From: Eubacteriales bacterium
GTDB taxonomy: Bacteria > Bacillota > Clostridia > Oscillospirales > UMGS1783
NCBI GenBank assembly: GCA_045541395.1
Contig: JAZQIZ010000001.1
Coordinates: 107,701-171,700 of the forward strand
Reading direction: 5' to 3'
Length of the DNA: 64,000 bases
Numbering within the stretch: position 1 is the stretch's first letter; each line of letters starts with the position of its first letter. Under the pieces are notes generated by a model. It was given only the letters and a program-made list of their open reading frames with translations. It was not told where the DNA came from and did no database searches. The position numbers and the translations under genes were made by a program. Shown here piece after piece: positions 1-9,260 of the stretch.

Positions 1-57
1 GATGTTTTCTGTGTTTGTGTAAAACTTGCATCTGTTGAAAAGCTTATTAATGCTTAA
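1..57 (+). CDS. Probable 3' end of an upstream gene (partial, ...DVFCVCVKLASVEKLINA*)
   Basis: Open frame 1 ends at TAA 55-57 and is followed by a terminator hairpin; too short to identify. Confidence 0.4.
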   Translation, partial: DVFCVCVKLASVEKLINA

Positions 58-72
58 ATTTTATAATAAATC

Positions 73-100
73 AAAAAACAGCCGTATTACGGCTGTTTTT
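73..100 (+). terminator. Rho-independent terminator
   Basis: aaaaacagccgta-t-tacggctgttttt inverted repeat with T-tract. Confidence 0.75.
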
Positions 101-196
101 CTTTAATTATAAAAATTGTGTATAATTTTGTCGTACGGATATGTCTACCAAAACAAATAAATATAGGATATAATATAGCCAAGGAGGGGTGAATAT

Positions 197-439
197 ATGT
201 TTACTGAAGAATTTAATTATGAAAGCCCATTTGTAGTAAAATATTCGTATGAGGAGGAAAACGATAGGTTCTTTATTGTGCTTAGTAAAATTGAAAAGGG
301 GAGAGTTGTGGAAACAGAAAGAAGTTACTTTGGAAATAATAGAAATGACTGTATTTCTTTTTTACATATTCTTTATGAAAATAAGGTTACTCCCGTTCAT
401 CTTAACAGTGTTATTGAAGATAGTTTGATTAAAAATTAA
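197..439 (+). CDS. Small conserved clostridial protein, DUF6514-like
   Basis: AAGGAGG RBS at 181-187; 80 aa; C-terminal LYENKVTPVHLNSVIED resembles DUF6514 proteins. Confidence 0.65.
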   Translation: MFTEEFNYESPFVVKYSYEEENDRFFIVLSKIEKGRVVETERSYFGNNRNDCISFLHILYENKVTPVHLNSVIEDSLIKN

Positions 440-472
440 AGTGTATTTTTTTATAAATACACTTTAATTTTT
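431..472 (+). terminator. Long AT-rich inverted repeat, probable terminator
   Basis: 18-bp arms aaaaattaaagtgtattt / aaatacactttaattttt followed by T-run. Confidence 0.55.
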
Positions 473-514
473 TTTATTTATATGTTAAAATAATAAAAAA
501 AGGGAGAAAGTAGT

Positions 515-973
515 ATGAAATGTCCTTATTGTGGTCATACCGAAAGCAGTGTGTTAACCACCCGCCAATCGGAAGACTTTACAAGAATAAAAAGAAGACG
601 TGTTTGTGAAAACTGCAAGGGCAAATTCACAACCAATGAAATAATAGAAACAATTCCGGTATTCGTTGTTAAGAAAGACGGTTCAAGGCAGGCGTTTGAC
701 CGTGAAAAGCTTCTTCGCGGTTTGCTGAGAGCTTGCGAGAAGCGTCCCGTAGAAAGGGAGACTCTTGATAAGCTTATTGATGAAATGGAATATGGAATTT
801 CCAGTTCATTTGCTAAGGAAGTCAGTTCTGTTGAGTTAGGTGAGATGGCTCTTGAAAAGCTTAAAACTGTGGATCAGGTAGCTTACGTAAGATTCGCTTC
901 GGTTTATCATGAATTCCAAGATATTAATTCGTTTATGGACGAGTTGAAAAAAATACAAAAAGAAGATAATTAA
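515..973 (+). CDS. nrdR: Transcriptional repressor NrdR
   Basis: MKCPYC...RRRxCxxC zinc ribbon, ATP-cone VVKKDGSRQAFDREK, C-terminal VAYVRFASVY. Confidence 0.97.
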   Translation: MKCPYCGHTESSVLTTRQSEDFTRIKRRRVCENCKGKFTTNEIIETIPVFVVKKDGSRQAFDREKLLRGLLRACEKRPVERETLDKLIDEMEYGISSSFAKEVSSVELGEMALEKLKTVDQVAYVRFASVYHEFQDINSFMDELKKIQKEDN

Positions 974-982
974 AATAAGGAG

Positions 983-1186
983 ATGAAATTTATGAAAAAG
1001 TTTTTAAAGGTTCTCGGCATTATTGTTGGTGTAGCAGGTCTTGCTGTTAGTGTTCTGGCTTTAATTGGCAAACTTTCCGTTGTTGCAGATTTTCTTAAAG
1101 ATATTGCGGAAAAACTGAAATCCTTTGGTAAGCCCGCAGTTATTGATGATCTTGAATCTCCTGTGGTTATAGACGAAGAATTCTGA
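983..1186 (+). CDS. Small hypothetical membrane-anchored protein
   Basis: AAGGAG RBS (start may be ATG 992); one N-terminal hydrophobic helix, acidic tail; terminator follows. Confidence 0.6.
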   Translation: MKFMKKFLKVLGIIVGVAGLAVSVLALIGKLSVVADFLKDIAEKLKSFGKPAVIDDLESPVVIDEEF

Positions 1187-1192
1187 TTATTT

Positions 1193-1217
1193 AAGAGAGA
1201 AGTGCTTCTTCTCTCTT
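1193..1217 (+). terminator. Rho-independent terminator
   Basis: aagagagaag-tgctt-cttctctctt hairpin followed by T-rich sequence. Confidence 0.6.
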
Positions 1218-1249
1218 TGATTTTATAAAAAAACTGGAGTTATTGAAAA

Positions 1250-2425
1250 ATGAGCAATACAATTAAAGCGAAAATTGCCTATATGTTTTATATTCCTCAC
1301 GTAAATACCGGTACTGATGGGGCAGATAACGTAGTTTTTAGGATGCAAAACGTTGAATACTCTGCAAAGAAGGAAGGTATTCTTAAGGACATCAATACAG
1401 CCGAGAATTTTCTTTTCGGCGGTTATTTTAAGTTTCCTCACAAACGGTACATTCTACCTATTGAAGATCTTTCTCATAAGGATTACAAATTCAGCGATAC
1501 TCATATTATGATAACCGATTTTTATGATGCGAGTGTTATGGGGGTTTCACTTAATACCAGTGTTGAGGTAACTTCGGTTGATGATCTGATCTATATGCGC
1601 CAGATATTCCTTTCGGGTATGAGTGTATCGGCTGACGGTAAATCCATTACTCAGCTTGTTGACAGTGCAATTGAGCCTATTGGGCAAACTGTACATAGGG
1701 CGCAAAACGCTTATCTTGTGGAGATCAACGATTATTTTGGCAAAGACTCTATCGACGATATATTTGAAAAGGACAAATGCGCAATTTACGGTATGCTTAC
1801 GGGCGATGAAGGCTATGAGTATGTTGCAAAGGATATTGTAGATGCGCGAATGCAGAAGCATTGGTCGACAAGGGAGTTTGTTAAAGCAATTATTTTCCGA
1901 AATAACTTTATGTTGTTCAATTTAAATCAGGCCGGTGCGATTGAAGCTTATAAAAAGCACCAGGAGAGATTCGGTACTGAATTTTACGGAGCTCCTAACC
2001 CATACTTTTTTACTGACTCTGCAACAGCAGGTGTTAACCACGGTCTTATGTTCTCGGTTGAAGTAGGTATGGTTGCCAAAACAATTACCTCTTCCGTGTT
2101 GGACCGTCAGGCCTTATCATCAAAGTCTCATTCTAAAAATATCAGCGCGGAAATAAGGAAAGGCAAGGAACTCAGAAGAGACCTTATTCTTACCCTTAAC
2201 CGTTTAGAAGATATCGGTATGGCTGAAATGGGTGAGCTTGACAGCCTTATTATAGACGATCTTGATGTTGAACCCTTAGTTGAAAAGATTAAATATTTGC
2301 TTGAACTTCTGGAATCTGATTTGGATCTGTTATATCAGACCAGCACTAATAAATTAGTTAATATTTTAACCGTTGCAGGGCTTTTACTTTCTTTAATTGA
2401 GATCGCGATCGCTTTTATATTATAA
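1250..2425 (+). CDS. Hypothetical protein with C-terminal helical stalk and single TM helix (CorA-like tail)
   Basis: 391-aa ORF with GGAG RBS; ends STNKLVNILTVAGLLLSLIEIAIAFIL; no GMN motif. Confidence 0.7.
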   Translation: MSNTIKAKIAYMFYIPHVNTGTDGADNVVFRMQNVEYSAKKEGILKDINTAENFLFGGYFKFPHKRYILPIEDLSHKDYKFSDTHIMITDFYDASVMGVSLNTSVEVTSVDDLIYMRQIFLSGMSVSADGKSITQLVDSAIEPIGQTVHRAQNAYLVEINDYFGKDSIDDIFEKDKCAIYGMLTGDEGYEYVAKDIVDARMQKHWSTREFVKAIIFRNNFMLFNLNQAGAIEAYKKHQERFGTEFYGAPNPYFFTDSATAGVNHGLMFSVEVGMVAKTITSSVLDRQALSSKSHSKNISAEIRKGKELRRDLILTLNRLEDIGMAEMGELDSLIIDDLDVEPLVEKIKYLLELLESDLDLLYQTSTNKLVNILTVAGLLLSLIEIAIAFIL

Positions 2426-2427
2426 TT

Positions 2428-2457
2428 AAAAAAATCCCCCTTATGGGGGATTTTTTT
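2428..2457. terminator. Bidirectional terminator between convergent genes
   Basis: aaaaaaatccccc-ttat-gggggattttttt. Confidence 0.85.
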
Positions 2458-3820
2458 ATTTTAATAGAATATCTGCAATTTTGTATACGTCTCCTGCGCC
2501 CATTGTTAAAATGAGGGTTTTGCAGTCAGCGCATTCTTTAGCATATTCAGCTGCCTTTTCAAAGCTTTCAGCATAAACAGCGCCTTTTATATCATTTGCC
2601 AGGATTTCAGAACTTATACCCAAAGTATCCTTTTCTCTTGCAGCATAAATATCGCAGAGTATAACCTTGTCTGCAAGGGCTAGTGCCTTTTCAAAATTTG
2701 ATAATAGTGCTTTAGTTCTGGAATAGGTATGGGGTTGGAATATTAAAACTATTTTTTCGTATTCCATTTTTTTTGCCGCATTAATAGTTGCCTCTATTTC
2801 AGAAGGATGATGCGCGTAATCGTCTATTACTGTAAAGTTATTCTTGCAGCCTTTGAACTGAAACCTTCTTTGCGCACCGATAAAGGATTCAAGTCCTGCT
2901 TTAATATGTTCAGGTTTTACGCCTAGATAATCACAGCATGCAGCTGCTGCAAGAGCATTGAGAATATTGTGCTTGCCTGGTACTTTTAAGGAGACATTTG
3001 TGATTTTATTGAGTCCGTTATAGATTTCAAATGAAGGACAGCCGTTCGCGTTATACACAACGTTGTGGGCTTTGTAGTCGCCATCATTTACACCGAAGGT
3101 AATAATATTACCCTTATAATCTTCCATAACCTTAGTGCAGTTTTCGTCCTCAGCATTTGTTATAATCAAACCATCATTGACTGTATTGAGGGTATATTTT
3201 TTAAAGGTATCAATAATATCGTCAATATCCTTATAAAAATCAAGATGATCCTCGTCAACATTAAGAATAAGAGAAATTTTAGGGAAAAACTTTAAAAAAG
3301 AAGCAGCATATTCACAGGATTCAAAGATAAAGTATTCTTCAGAGCCAATATGATAATTGCTGTTAATTTGGGGTAGCACTGCGCCAACAGAAATTGTAGG
3401 ATCAAGCATAGCCTCAAGCATGATGCAGGAAAGCATAGAGGTGGTTGTTGATTTGCCGTGGGTCCCTGCAACACCAATGGGAACTTTATATTGATTTATA
3501 ATTGCGCCTAAAAGATCTGCCCTTTCAAAGCAGGGTAGCTGAAGCTCTTTTGCCTTTTTAAGTTCGGGATTATCCTGTTTAATAGCGGCGGTATATACAA
3601 TAAGCTGCGCATTTTCAATGTTTTCTTCAGCCTGACCGTCATATACTTTAATTCCTTTTTCTATAAGGTGCCTGCAATTAGCAATGTTCATATCAGAGCC
3701 TTTTACAGAGAATCCGTTAGTGCTGAGAATAAGCGCAAGGGCGCTCATGCTTACACCGCCGATGCCTATAAAATGTACAATAGGTTTATTTTTTAAATAT
3801 GTTTCAATATTGGTTTGCAA
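2456..3820 (-). CDS. murC: UDP-N-acetylmuramate--L-alanine ligase
   Basis: HFIGIGGVSMSALA, GTHGKSTTT, DDYAHHPSEI, FQPHTYSRT, MGAGD motifs; TTG start. Confidence 0.96.
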   Translation of the reverse strand: MQTNIETYLKNKPIVHFIGIGGVSMSALALILSTNGFSVKGSDMNIANCRHLIEKGIKVYDGQAEENIENAQLIVYTAAIKQDNPELKKAKELQLPCFERADLLGAIINQYKVPIGVAGTHGKSTTTSMLSCIMLEAMLDPTISVGAVLPQINSNYHIGSEEYFIFESCEYAASFLKFFPKISLILNVDEDHLDFYKDIDDIIDTFKKYTLNTVNDGLIITNAEDENCTKVMEDYKGNIITFGVNDGDYKAHNVVYNANGCPSFEIYNGLNKITNVSLKVPGKHNILNALAAAACCDYLGVKPEHIKAGLESFIGAQRRFQFKGCKNNFTVIDDYAHHPSEIEATINAAKKMEYEKIVLIFQPHTYSRTKALLSNFEKALALADKVILCDIYAAREKDTLGISSEILANDIKGAVYAESFEKAAEYAKECADCKTLILTMGAGDVYKIADILLK

Positions 3821-3895
3821 AACATTCAGATCCTTTTATAATATTCTTATATATAATATCACATTTTACCCCTATTGTGCAACAAATATAAACAA

Positions 3896-3922
3896 ACTGC
3901 TCAGGAAATTTTCCTGAGCAGT
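3896..3922 (-). terminator. Terminator of ackA
   Basis: Perfect 13-bp arms actgctcaggaaa / tttcctgagcagt, then TTGTTT on the minus strand. Confidence 0.8.
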
Positions 3923-3933
3923 ATAATTTTTGC

Positions 3934-5136
3934 TTACTTAAGGTTATTCACAATTTCAAGAGTGTCTCTTGCAATAAGAAGCTCTTCGTTTGTAGGAAGA
4001 ACCCAAGCTTCAACTTTGGAATCCTCAGCAGAGAATTTAGCTTCTTTTCTGGAAGCCTTAGCGTTGGCTTCTTTATCAACCTTCAGGCCAAGGTATTCCA
4101 TCTCGCTGCAAACAGCTTCACGGATTTCAGCATCGTTTTCACCAATACCGCCGGTGAAGAGGATAGCATCAACGCCGCCCATACCTGCAGCATAGCCACC
4201 AACGAACTTCTTGATCTGATAAACAAGCATTTCAATGGTAAGCTTAGCTCTTTCGTTGCCTTCAGCTGCAGCAGCCTTAACGTCGCGGCAGTCGCTGGAA
4301 ACACCGGAAATACCGAGGAAGCCGGATTTCTTGTTCATAATGTTTGCCATTTCATCGGCAGAAAGGCCTTCTTTGTTCATAACGAATGTAACAACAGAAG
4401 GATCAATACCGCCGGAACGAGTACCCATAATAAAGCCGTCAAGGGGGGTGAGACCCATAGAGGTATCATAACACTTACCGTCTTTAATAGCAGAAATGGA
4501 ACTACCGTTACCTAAATGGCAGGTAATAACCTTTTTGCCTTCAAGACCTCCGATGATTTGACCGTATCTCTGGCTAACAAATCTATGACTGGTGCCATGG
4601 AAGCCGTATCTTCTGATAGAATACTTTTCATAGTATTCATAAGGAAGACCAAAGATATAAGCCTTGGGAGGCATTGTCTGATGGAAGGAAGTATCGAAAA
4701 TAGCAACCATGGGAGTTTCCTTACCGAAAACTTCCTGGCAAGCCTTCATAGCGATAGCCTGGGGAGGATTATGAAGAGGGCCAAGTTCTCTGAGTGCCAG
4801 CATATCTTCAATAACCTTATCGGTAACTAAAGTAGCTTCCTTATAGATTTCGCCGCCGTGCAGTGCTCTGTGGCCTACAGCGGTGATTTCCTTAACGTCG
4901 TCAATAACCTTGCCTTCGCCATTTGTTAAAACGTCAACAACAGCAAGGAATGCTTCCTTGTGGCTGGGGAAGCTAAGTTCTTTCTTAACTTCTACGCCTG
5001 CGGCAGTTTTATGGCCGATAAGACCGTCAATGCCGATTCTTTCGCAATTGCCTTTTGCTAATACTGCTTCAGTCTCCATATCAATAAGCTGATACTTTAA
5101 GGAGGAGCTGCCTGCATTAATAACTAAGATTTTCAT
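3934..5136 (-). CDS. ackA: Acetate kinase
   Basis: MKILVINAGSSSLKYQL, PLHNP, FDTSFH, YGFHGTSH, HLGNGSS, FTGGIGEN, TNEEL. Confidence 0.98.
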   Translation of the reverse strand: MKILVINAGSSSLKYQLIDMETEAVLAKGNCERIGIDGLIGHKTAAGVEVKKELSFPSHKEAFLAVVDVLTNGEGKVIDDVKEITAVGHRALHGGEIYKEATLVTDKVIEDMLALRELGPLHNPPQAIAMKACQEVFGKETPMVAIFDTSFHQTMPPKAYIFGLPYEYYEKYSIRRYGFHGTSHRFVSQRYGQIIGGLEGKKVITCHLGNGSSISAIKDGKCYDTSMGLTPLDGFIMGTRSGGIDPSVVTFVMNKEGLSADEMANIMNKKSGFLGISGVSSDCRDVKAAAAEGNERAKLTIEMLVYQIKKFVGGYAAGMGGVDAILFTGGIGENDAEIREAVCSEMEYLGLKVDKEANAKASRKEAKFSAEDSKVEAWVLPTNEELLIARDTLEIVNNLK

Positions 5137-5166
5137 TGGTTTACCCCCATGTATTTTATTAATTAC

Positions 5167-5222
5167 TTGATTAAAATATAAAAACCACTTATAATTATAA
5201 TATTAAAGTTAAAAATAATCAA
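5167..5222. promoter_or_regulatory. Overlapping divergent sigmaA promoters for ackA and tmcAL
   Basis: Plus: TTGATT 5167-72, 17 bp, TATAAT 5190-95. Minus: TTGATT 5222-17, 17 bp, TATAAT 5199-94. Confidence 0.6.
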
Positions 5223-5249
5223 CCTTTTTTTGCATTAATGGGAGGTTTT

Positions 5250-6437
5250 ATGGTAAATACAGCTATAATATCTGAATATAATCCATTTCATAAAGGCCAT
5301 AAGTATCTTATAGAAGAAGCAAGAAGGATAACCGGAGCTGATTATATTACGGTTATTATGTCAGGATCCTTTGTTCAAAGAGCAGAGCCTGCTGTTTTTT
5401 CCAAGGAAGCCAGAGCAAAAATGGCCCTTGAAAGCGGTGCTGATATTGTAATTGAATTGCCCTGTGTAAATGTACTGCAAAGCGCGGAACGATATGCTAT
5501 GGGTGCTGTTTTCGTTGCGAACAGCATAAAAGCTGATTATCTGGCCTTTGGAAGCGAATGCGGCGATATTGATAAAATTATAAAAACAGCAGAAGCTGTA
5601 ACTACAGATAGAGTCAATAGCAGATTGCAGGATTTTTTGCAATCCGGTAGTTCTTTTCCGGCGGCAAGGGCAAAAGCCATTGAACTGATATGCCCTGAAA
5701 TAGGCGATATTCTCAGTAAACCCAATAATATTCTGGGTGTAGAATATGTAAAAGCATTAAGAACTTTAAATTCAGATACAATACCGGTTACAGTTAAACG
5801 TATTGGTGCAAATCACGATGACTCTCAGATAAATAACGGTTTTGCATCTGCTACGCATATAAGGAAAATGTTATTGGAGCAGAAAAGTACTTCGGAATTT
5901 GTGCCGGAAGCTGTTGCGAAAATAATAAATGAAGAAATTGCCGGCGGTCGCTGTGTTCTTAATAAAGAATTCTTTAACAGAGCAATGCTTGCTTCTCTCA
6001 GAACAAAGGATATCCAAAGCATTTCTTTGGCTACGGATTGTGCCGAAGGACTGGAGTATAAAATTATTTCCGGAATTCAAAACCATAATTCCATTGATGC
6101 GATCACCGATGAAGTAAAATCTAAAAGATACACCCATTCCCGTATTAGAAGAATCCTCTTGTCTGTTTTTTTGGGAATAAATAAATGCGATCATACTATG
6201 CCATCTTATGTTAGGCTGTTAGGGCTGAGAAAGAGTGCTTCTAAAGCCTGGAACGAAATAAAAGAGTTCTGTTTTCTTCCTGTAATTGAGCGACCGGCAA
6301 AGCAGATTTCTTATTTGGATGAAAACGTCCGACAGGCATTGGAAAGGGAAATGATTTTTGATGAAATATGGGGGAGTTTTTGCGAAAAAGTAATGGATTT
6401 TGGTGAAAATTACAGAAAATATCCTGTTGTTCTGTAG
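5250..6437 (+). CDS. tmcAL: tRNA(Met) cytidine acetate ligase (YlbM/HIGH nucleotidyltransferase)
   Basis: SEYNPFHKGH, MSGSFVQR, PNNILGVEY, SATHIR, KSKRYTHSRIRR; GGAGG RBS before ATG 5250. Confidence 0.9.
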   Translation: MVNTAIISEYNPFHKGHKYLIEEARRITGADYITVIMSGSFVQRAEPAVFSKEARAKMALESGADIVIELPCVNVLQSAERYAMGAVFVANSIKADYLAFGSECGDIDKIIKTAEAVTTDRVNSRLQDFLQSGSSFPAARAKAIELICPEIGDILSKPNNILGVEYVKALRTLNSDTIPVTVKRIGANHDDSQINNGFASATHIRKMLLEQKSTSEFVPEAVAKIINEEIAGGRCVLNKEFFNRAMLASLRTKDIQSISLATDCAEGLEYKIISGIQNHNSIDAITDEVKSKRYTHSRIRRILLSVFLGINKCDHTMPSYVRLLGLRKSASKAWNEIKEFCFLPVIERPAKQISYLDENVRQALEREMIFDEIWGSFCEKVMDFGENYRKYPVVL

Positions 6438-6503
6438 TTTTGGTTGAAATTATTTGCAAATTATGATAAATTATTATCAAATCCAAGAAAAGAGGTTTTT
6501 CAT

Positions 6504-7817
6504 ATGAAGAAAGGAAATGCAATTGCACTTTTACCTATAGCCGTATTTATTATTTTATATCTTGGCTTAGGTATACTTTTTGAGTACGTACTCAAAATTG
6601 AAATGGGTTTCTATAATATCCCTATTGTTGTTATCTTTTTGATCGCATTACTTGTTGCCTGTTTGCAGAATAAAGGAATCAACTTTGATAAAAAGCTTGA
6701 AATAATGGGCAAGGGTGTTGGTGATAAGAATATTATTACCATGATTTTAATTTTCCTTTGTGCCGGCGCTTTTGTTGGCGTTGTTGGCAGAAGCAGTGCA
6801 GAAAGTGTTGCCTATTTTATGCTTTCTATTATTCCTGCTGAATTTGCAGTTGCTGTTCTGTTTGTGGTTAGCTGCTTTGTTTCTACTGCAATGGGCACCT
6901 CTGTGGGGACAATTACACTTATAACCCCTATAGCTGTTGCAGTTTCCGCTGCTTCCGGTTTCAGTATGCCTTTATGTGTAGGTACTGTTGTTGGCGGTGC
7001 TATGTTCGGTGATAACCTTTCCTTTATTTCCGATACTACTATTGCCGCCTGTAACGGTCAGGGATGCGCCATGAAGGATAAGTTTAAAGCTAACTTCTGG
7101 ATCGCGCTTCCTGCTGCTATAGCAACTTTAATTATAATTATAATATTCTCATTAACTGCCGAAAATCCTGTAGCTGTAGAAAATACATATAATCTTGTTC
7201 AGATCATTCCTTATATTCTCGTTCTTATTGGCGGTATTGCCGGTATTAACGTATTTGCGGTTCTGCTTATCGGCATAGTGTCAGGTTCTGTTATTATGCT
7301 TGCTACCGGCGCTATTGAACCCACTGCTCTTCTGGCTAATATGGGCACCGGCGCTGCAGGTATGTTTGAAACAACAATGGTTGCTATTTTAGTATCTGCC
7401 ATCTGCGCACTTATTCGTGAATACGGCGGCTTTGATGCTCTTCTTAGCGGCATTAAGCGTGTATTCAAGGGCAAAAAGGGCGGTCAGTTAGGTATGGGCC
7501 TTTTAGTTGGTGCAATGGATATTGCTACTGCAAATAATACTGTTGCTATTGTAATGGCTAACCCCATTGCAAAAGAAATGTCTGAAACCTATGGTATATC
7601 TCCCAAGAAATCTGCTTCTCTGCTTGATACTTTCTCTTGCATATTCCAGGGCATTATTCCTTACGGCGCACAGATACTTGTTGCAATAGCCGCTGTATCT
7701 ACTGCGGGTTATTCTATTTCCGCTTTTGAAATAATACCCTACCTGTTCTATCCGTTCTTATTGCTTGTAAGCTCACTTATTTTCATTTTCCTTGTTCCTG
7801 AAAAGAAAAATAAATAA
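6504..7817 (+). CDS. Na+/H+ antiporter NhaC-family transporter (MetT-like amino-acid transporter group)
   Basis: Multi-TM; MGTSVGT, GGAMFGDNLSFISDTTIAA, ANNTVAI, IPYGAQ motifs; GAGG RBS before ATG 6504. Confidence 0.85.
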   Translation: MKKGNAIALLPIAVFIILYLGLGILFEYVLKIEMGFYNIPIVVIFLIALLVACLQNKGINFDKKLEIMGKGVGDKNIITMILIFLCAGAFVGVVGRSSAESVAYFMLSIIPAEFAVAVLFVVSCFVSTAMGTSVGTITLITPIAVAVSAASGFSMPLCVGTVVGGAMFGDNLSFISDTTIAACNGQGCAMKDKFKANFWIALPAAIATLIIIIIFSLTAENPVAVENTYNLVQIIPYILVLIGGIAGINVFAVLLIGIVSGSVIMLATGAIEPTALLANMGTGAAGMFETTMVAILVSAICALIREYGGFDALLSGIKRVFKGKKGGQLGMGLLVGAMDIATANNTVAIVMANPIAKEMSETYGISPKKSASLLDTFSCIFQGIIPYGAQILVAIAAVSTAGYSISAFEIIPYLFYPFLLLVSSLIFIFLVPEKKNK

Positions 7818-7823
7818 ATAAAT

Positions 7824-7849
7824 AATCGGCAATCAAAAGATTGCCGATT
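7824..7849. terminator. Bidirectional terminator
   Basis: aatcggcaatc-aaaa-gattgccgatt between convergent genes. Confidence 0.8.
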
Positions 7850-7853
7850 TTCT

Positions 7854-9056
7854 TTATTTATTTGCCAGTCTGCCTAAGCACTGCTCTGCCATAACAAGCA
7901 TTCTCGGAATATGGAATGGGCCTTTAAACAGATTACCTTTACATGCCGGAGTTGTAGGTGTGCCGTCTTTTCTTAAATACCCAAACCATTCTCCTCCGCC
8001 TTCCTTATCGGAAAAATGTTCAAAGGCATATTTGTCTGCCATAATAAAATCGTTCCAATATTTTTCTTTGCCGGTTGCTTCAAATAAGAGCAGGGAAGAA
8101 ATAATTGTTTCGCAGGTGGGCCACCAAAGCTTCATATCGTGTTCAAGGGCTTCCGGTGGATAGCCTAGTACGTCCGTAAATGCAATAAGACCTCCGTTTT
8201 CATAGTCCCAACCTTTTTCCATGGCCCATTCATACATATTCTCCGCTTTTTCAAGAACGGTCATATCGCCGGTGTTTTGAGCTTGATTAATAAGAAACCA
8301 AACTCCTTCAATAGTATGCCCCGGATTCATTGTTCTTCCGCCGTAGGCATCCTTTAAAAATTCACCGTCAGGTCCGGTCATCTCAAGTAAGGCTTTAAGC
8401 TCTGGCTTATAGAAATATCTGAATATTTCATCTGTGAGGGACTTTGCGATCGCATTATATTTATCGGCGTTTTCTTTATCGTTACGAAGCATAATATGGG
8501 TAATGTTAAGAAGGATCATAGGCTCGGAATAAGCTCGGGTAGGGCGGCTGCCGGGAATAGTTTTAGGAGTAATTTTAAAAGGATCATTATTGCGGTCACA
8601 GTAAATATCCATTATAAAATCATAATACTTTCTTGCTTTTTCAAGGTATTCAGGAGCGTCAAATGCAGTAGCATATTCAGCGCATGCAATAATGTAAAAT
8701 GTTTCTGAGAAGAAATAACGGCGTTTCCTTAAGGGAATACCTTCCTTGGTAACAGAAAAGTACATTCTTCCGTCTTTTTTGTCGATACAATGGTCCTCAG
8801 CAAAGCTTATACAGCTTTTTGCAAAGTTTTTATATTCTTCGTTATATCCGTATACGTTACACAGATTAGAGAAAACCCAGGCGCATCTGCCCTGAAACCA
8901 AACTGATTTATCGGTACAATATTCTATACCCCTCTGATCTACGCAGGTTATTACACCGCCGTGTTCCTTATCCTGTCCGTGCTTCAGCCAGAATTCAATT
9001 ACGTTTTCATTCAGTTCCTTAAGGTATTTTGCCTGATACTCACTGTAATGGTTCAT
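7854..9056 (-). CDS. N-acylglucosamine 2-epimerase (AGE family)
   Basis: DKSVWFQGR, RKRRYFFSETF, NPGHTIE, KLWWPTCE, KGNLFKGPFHIPR; start could be 9074, 9062 or 9056. Confidence 0.88.
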   Translation of the reverse strand: MNHYSEYQAKYLKELNENVIEFWLKHGQDKEHGGVITCVDQRGIEYCTDKSVWFQGRCAWVFSNLCNVYGYNEEYKNFAKSCISFAEDHCIDKKDGRMYFSVTKEGIPLRKRRYFFSETFYIIACAEYATAFDAPEYLEKARKYYDFIMDIYCDRNNDPFKITPKTIPGSRPTRAYSEPMILLNITHIMLRNDKENADKYNAIAKSLTDEIFRYFYKPELKALLEMTGPDGEFLKDAYGGRTMNPGHTIEGVWFLINQAQNTGDMTVLEKAENMYEWAMEKGWDYENGGLIAFTDVLGYPPEALEHDMKLWWPTCETIISSLLLFEATGKEKYWNDFIMADKYAFEHFSDKEGGGEWFGYLRKDGTPTTPACKGNLFKGPFHIPRMLVMAEQCLGRLANK

Positions 9057-9119
9057 AATCATACTCACTTTCATTTGTGTCAGTAGGTTGATACGGAATC
9101 AAGATTAACCCTGTATCCT

Positions 9120-9148
9120 ATTATGACACTTTTAGGGCCGTATGTCAA
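9120..9148 (-). promoter_or_regulatory. sigmaA promoter of the epimerase gene
   Basis: Minus strand TTGACA-17 bp-CATAAT. Confidence 0.7.
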
Positions 9149-9187
9149 TATAATTTGAAAATACAGCCTGCAAATCATAAAAAAACC

Positions 9188-9216
9188 TTGACAAACAGCA
9201 GGTATCGCACTATACT
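9188..9216 (+). promoter_or_regulatory. sigmaA promoter of the ROK repressor operon
   Basis: TTGACA-17 bp-TATACT. Confidence 0.75.
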
Positions 9217-9224
9217 GAACGTAG

Positions 9225-9249
9225 TTAGTTTGAATTCCGAACAAATTAA
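9225..9249. promoter_or_regulatory. XylR/ROK-type operator
   Basis: 25-bp imperfect palindrome TTAGTTTG-N9-CAAATTAA just downstream of the promoter; same layout as Bacillus xylO (TTAGTTTG...CAAACTAA). Confidence 0.65.
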
Positions 9250-9260
9250 GTGAGGCATAT

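Noticed and set aside
6438-6503. Possible SAM or T-box riboswitch ahead of the MetT-like NhaC transporter
   Set aside because: Intergenic space is only about 66 bp and has no such structure
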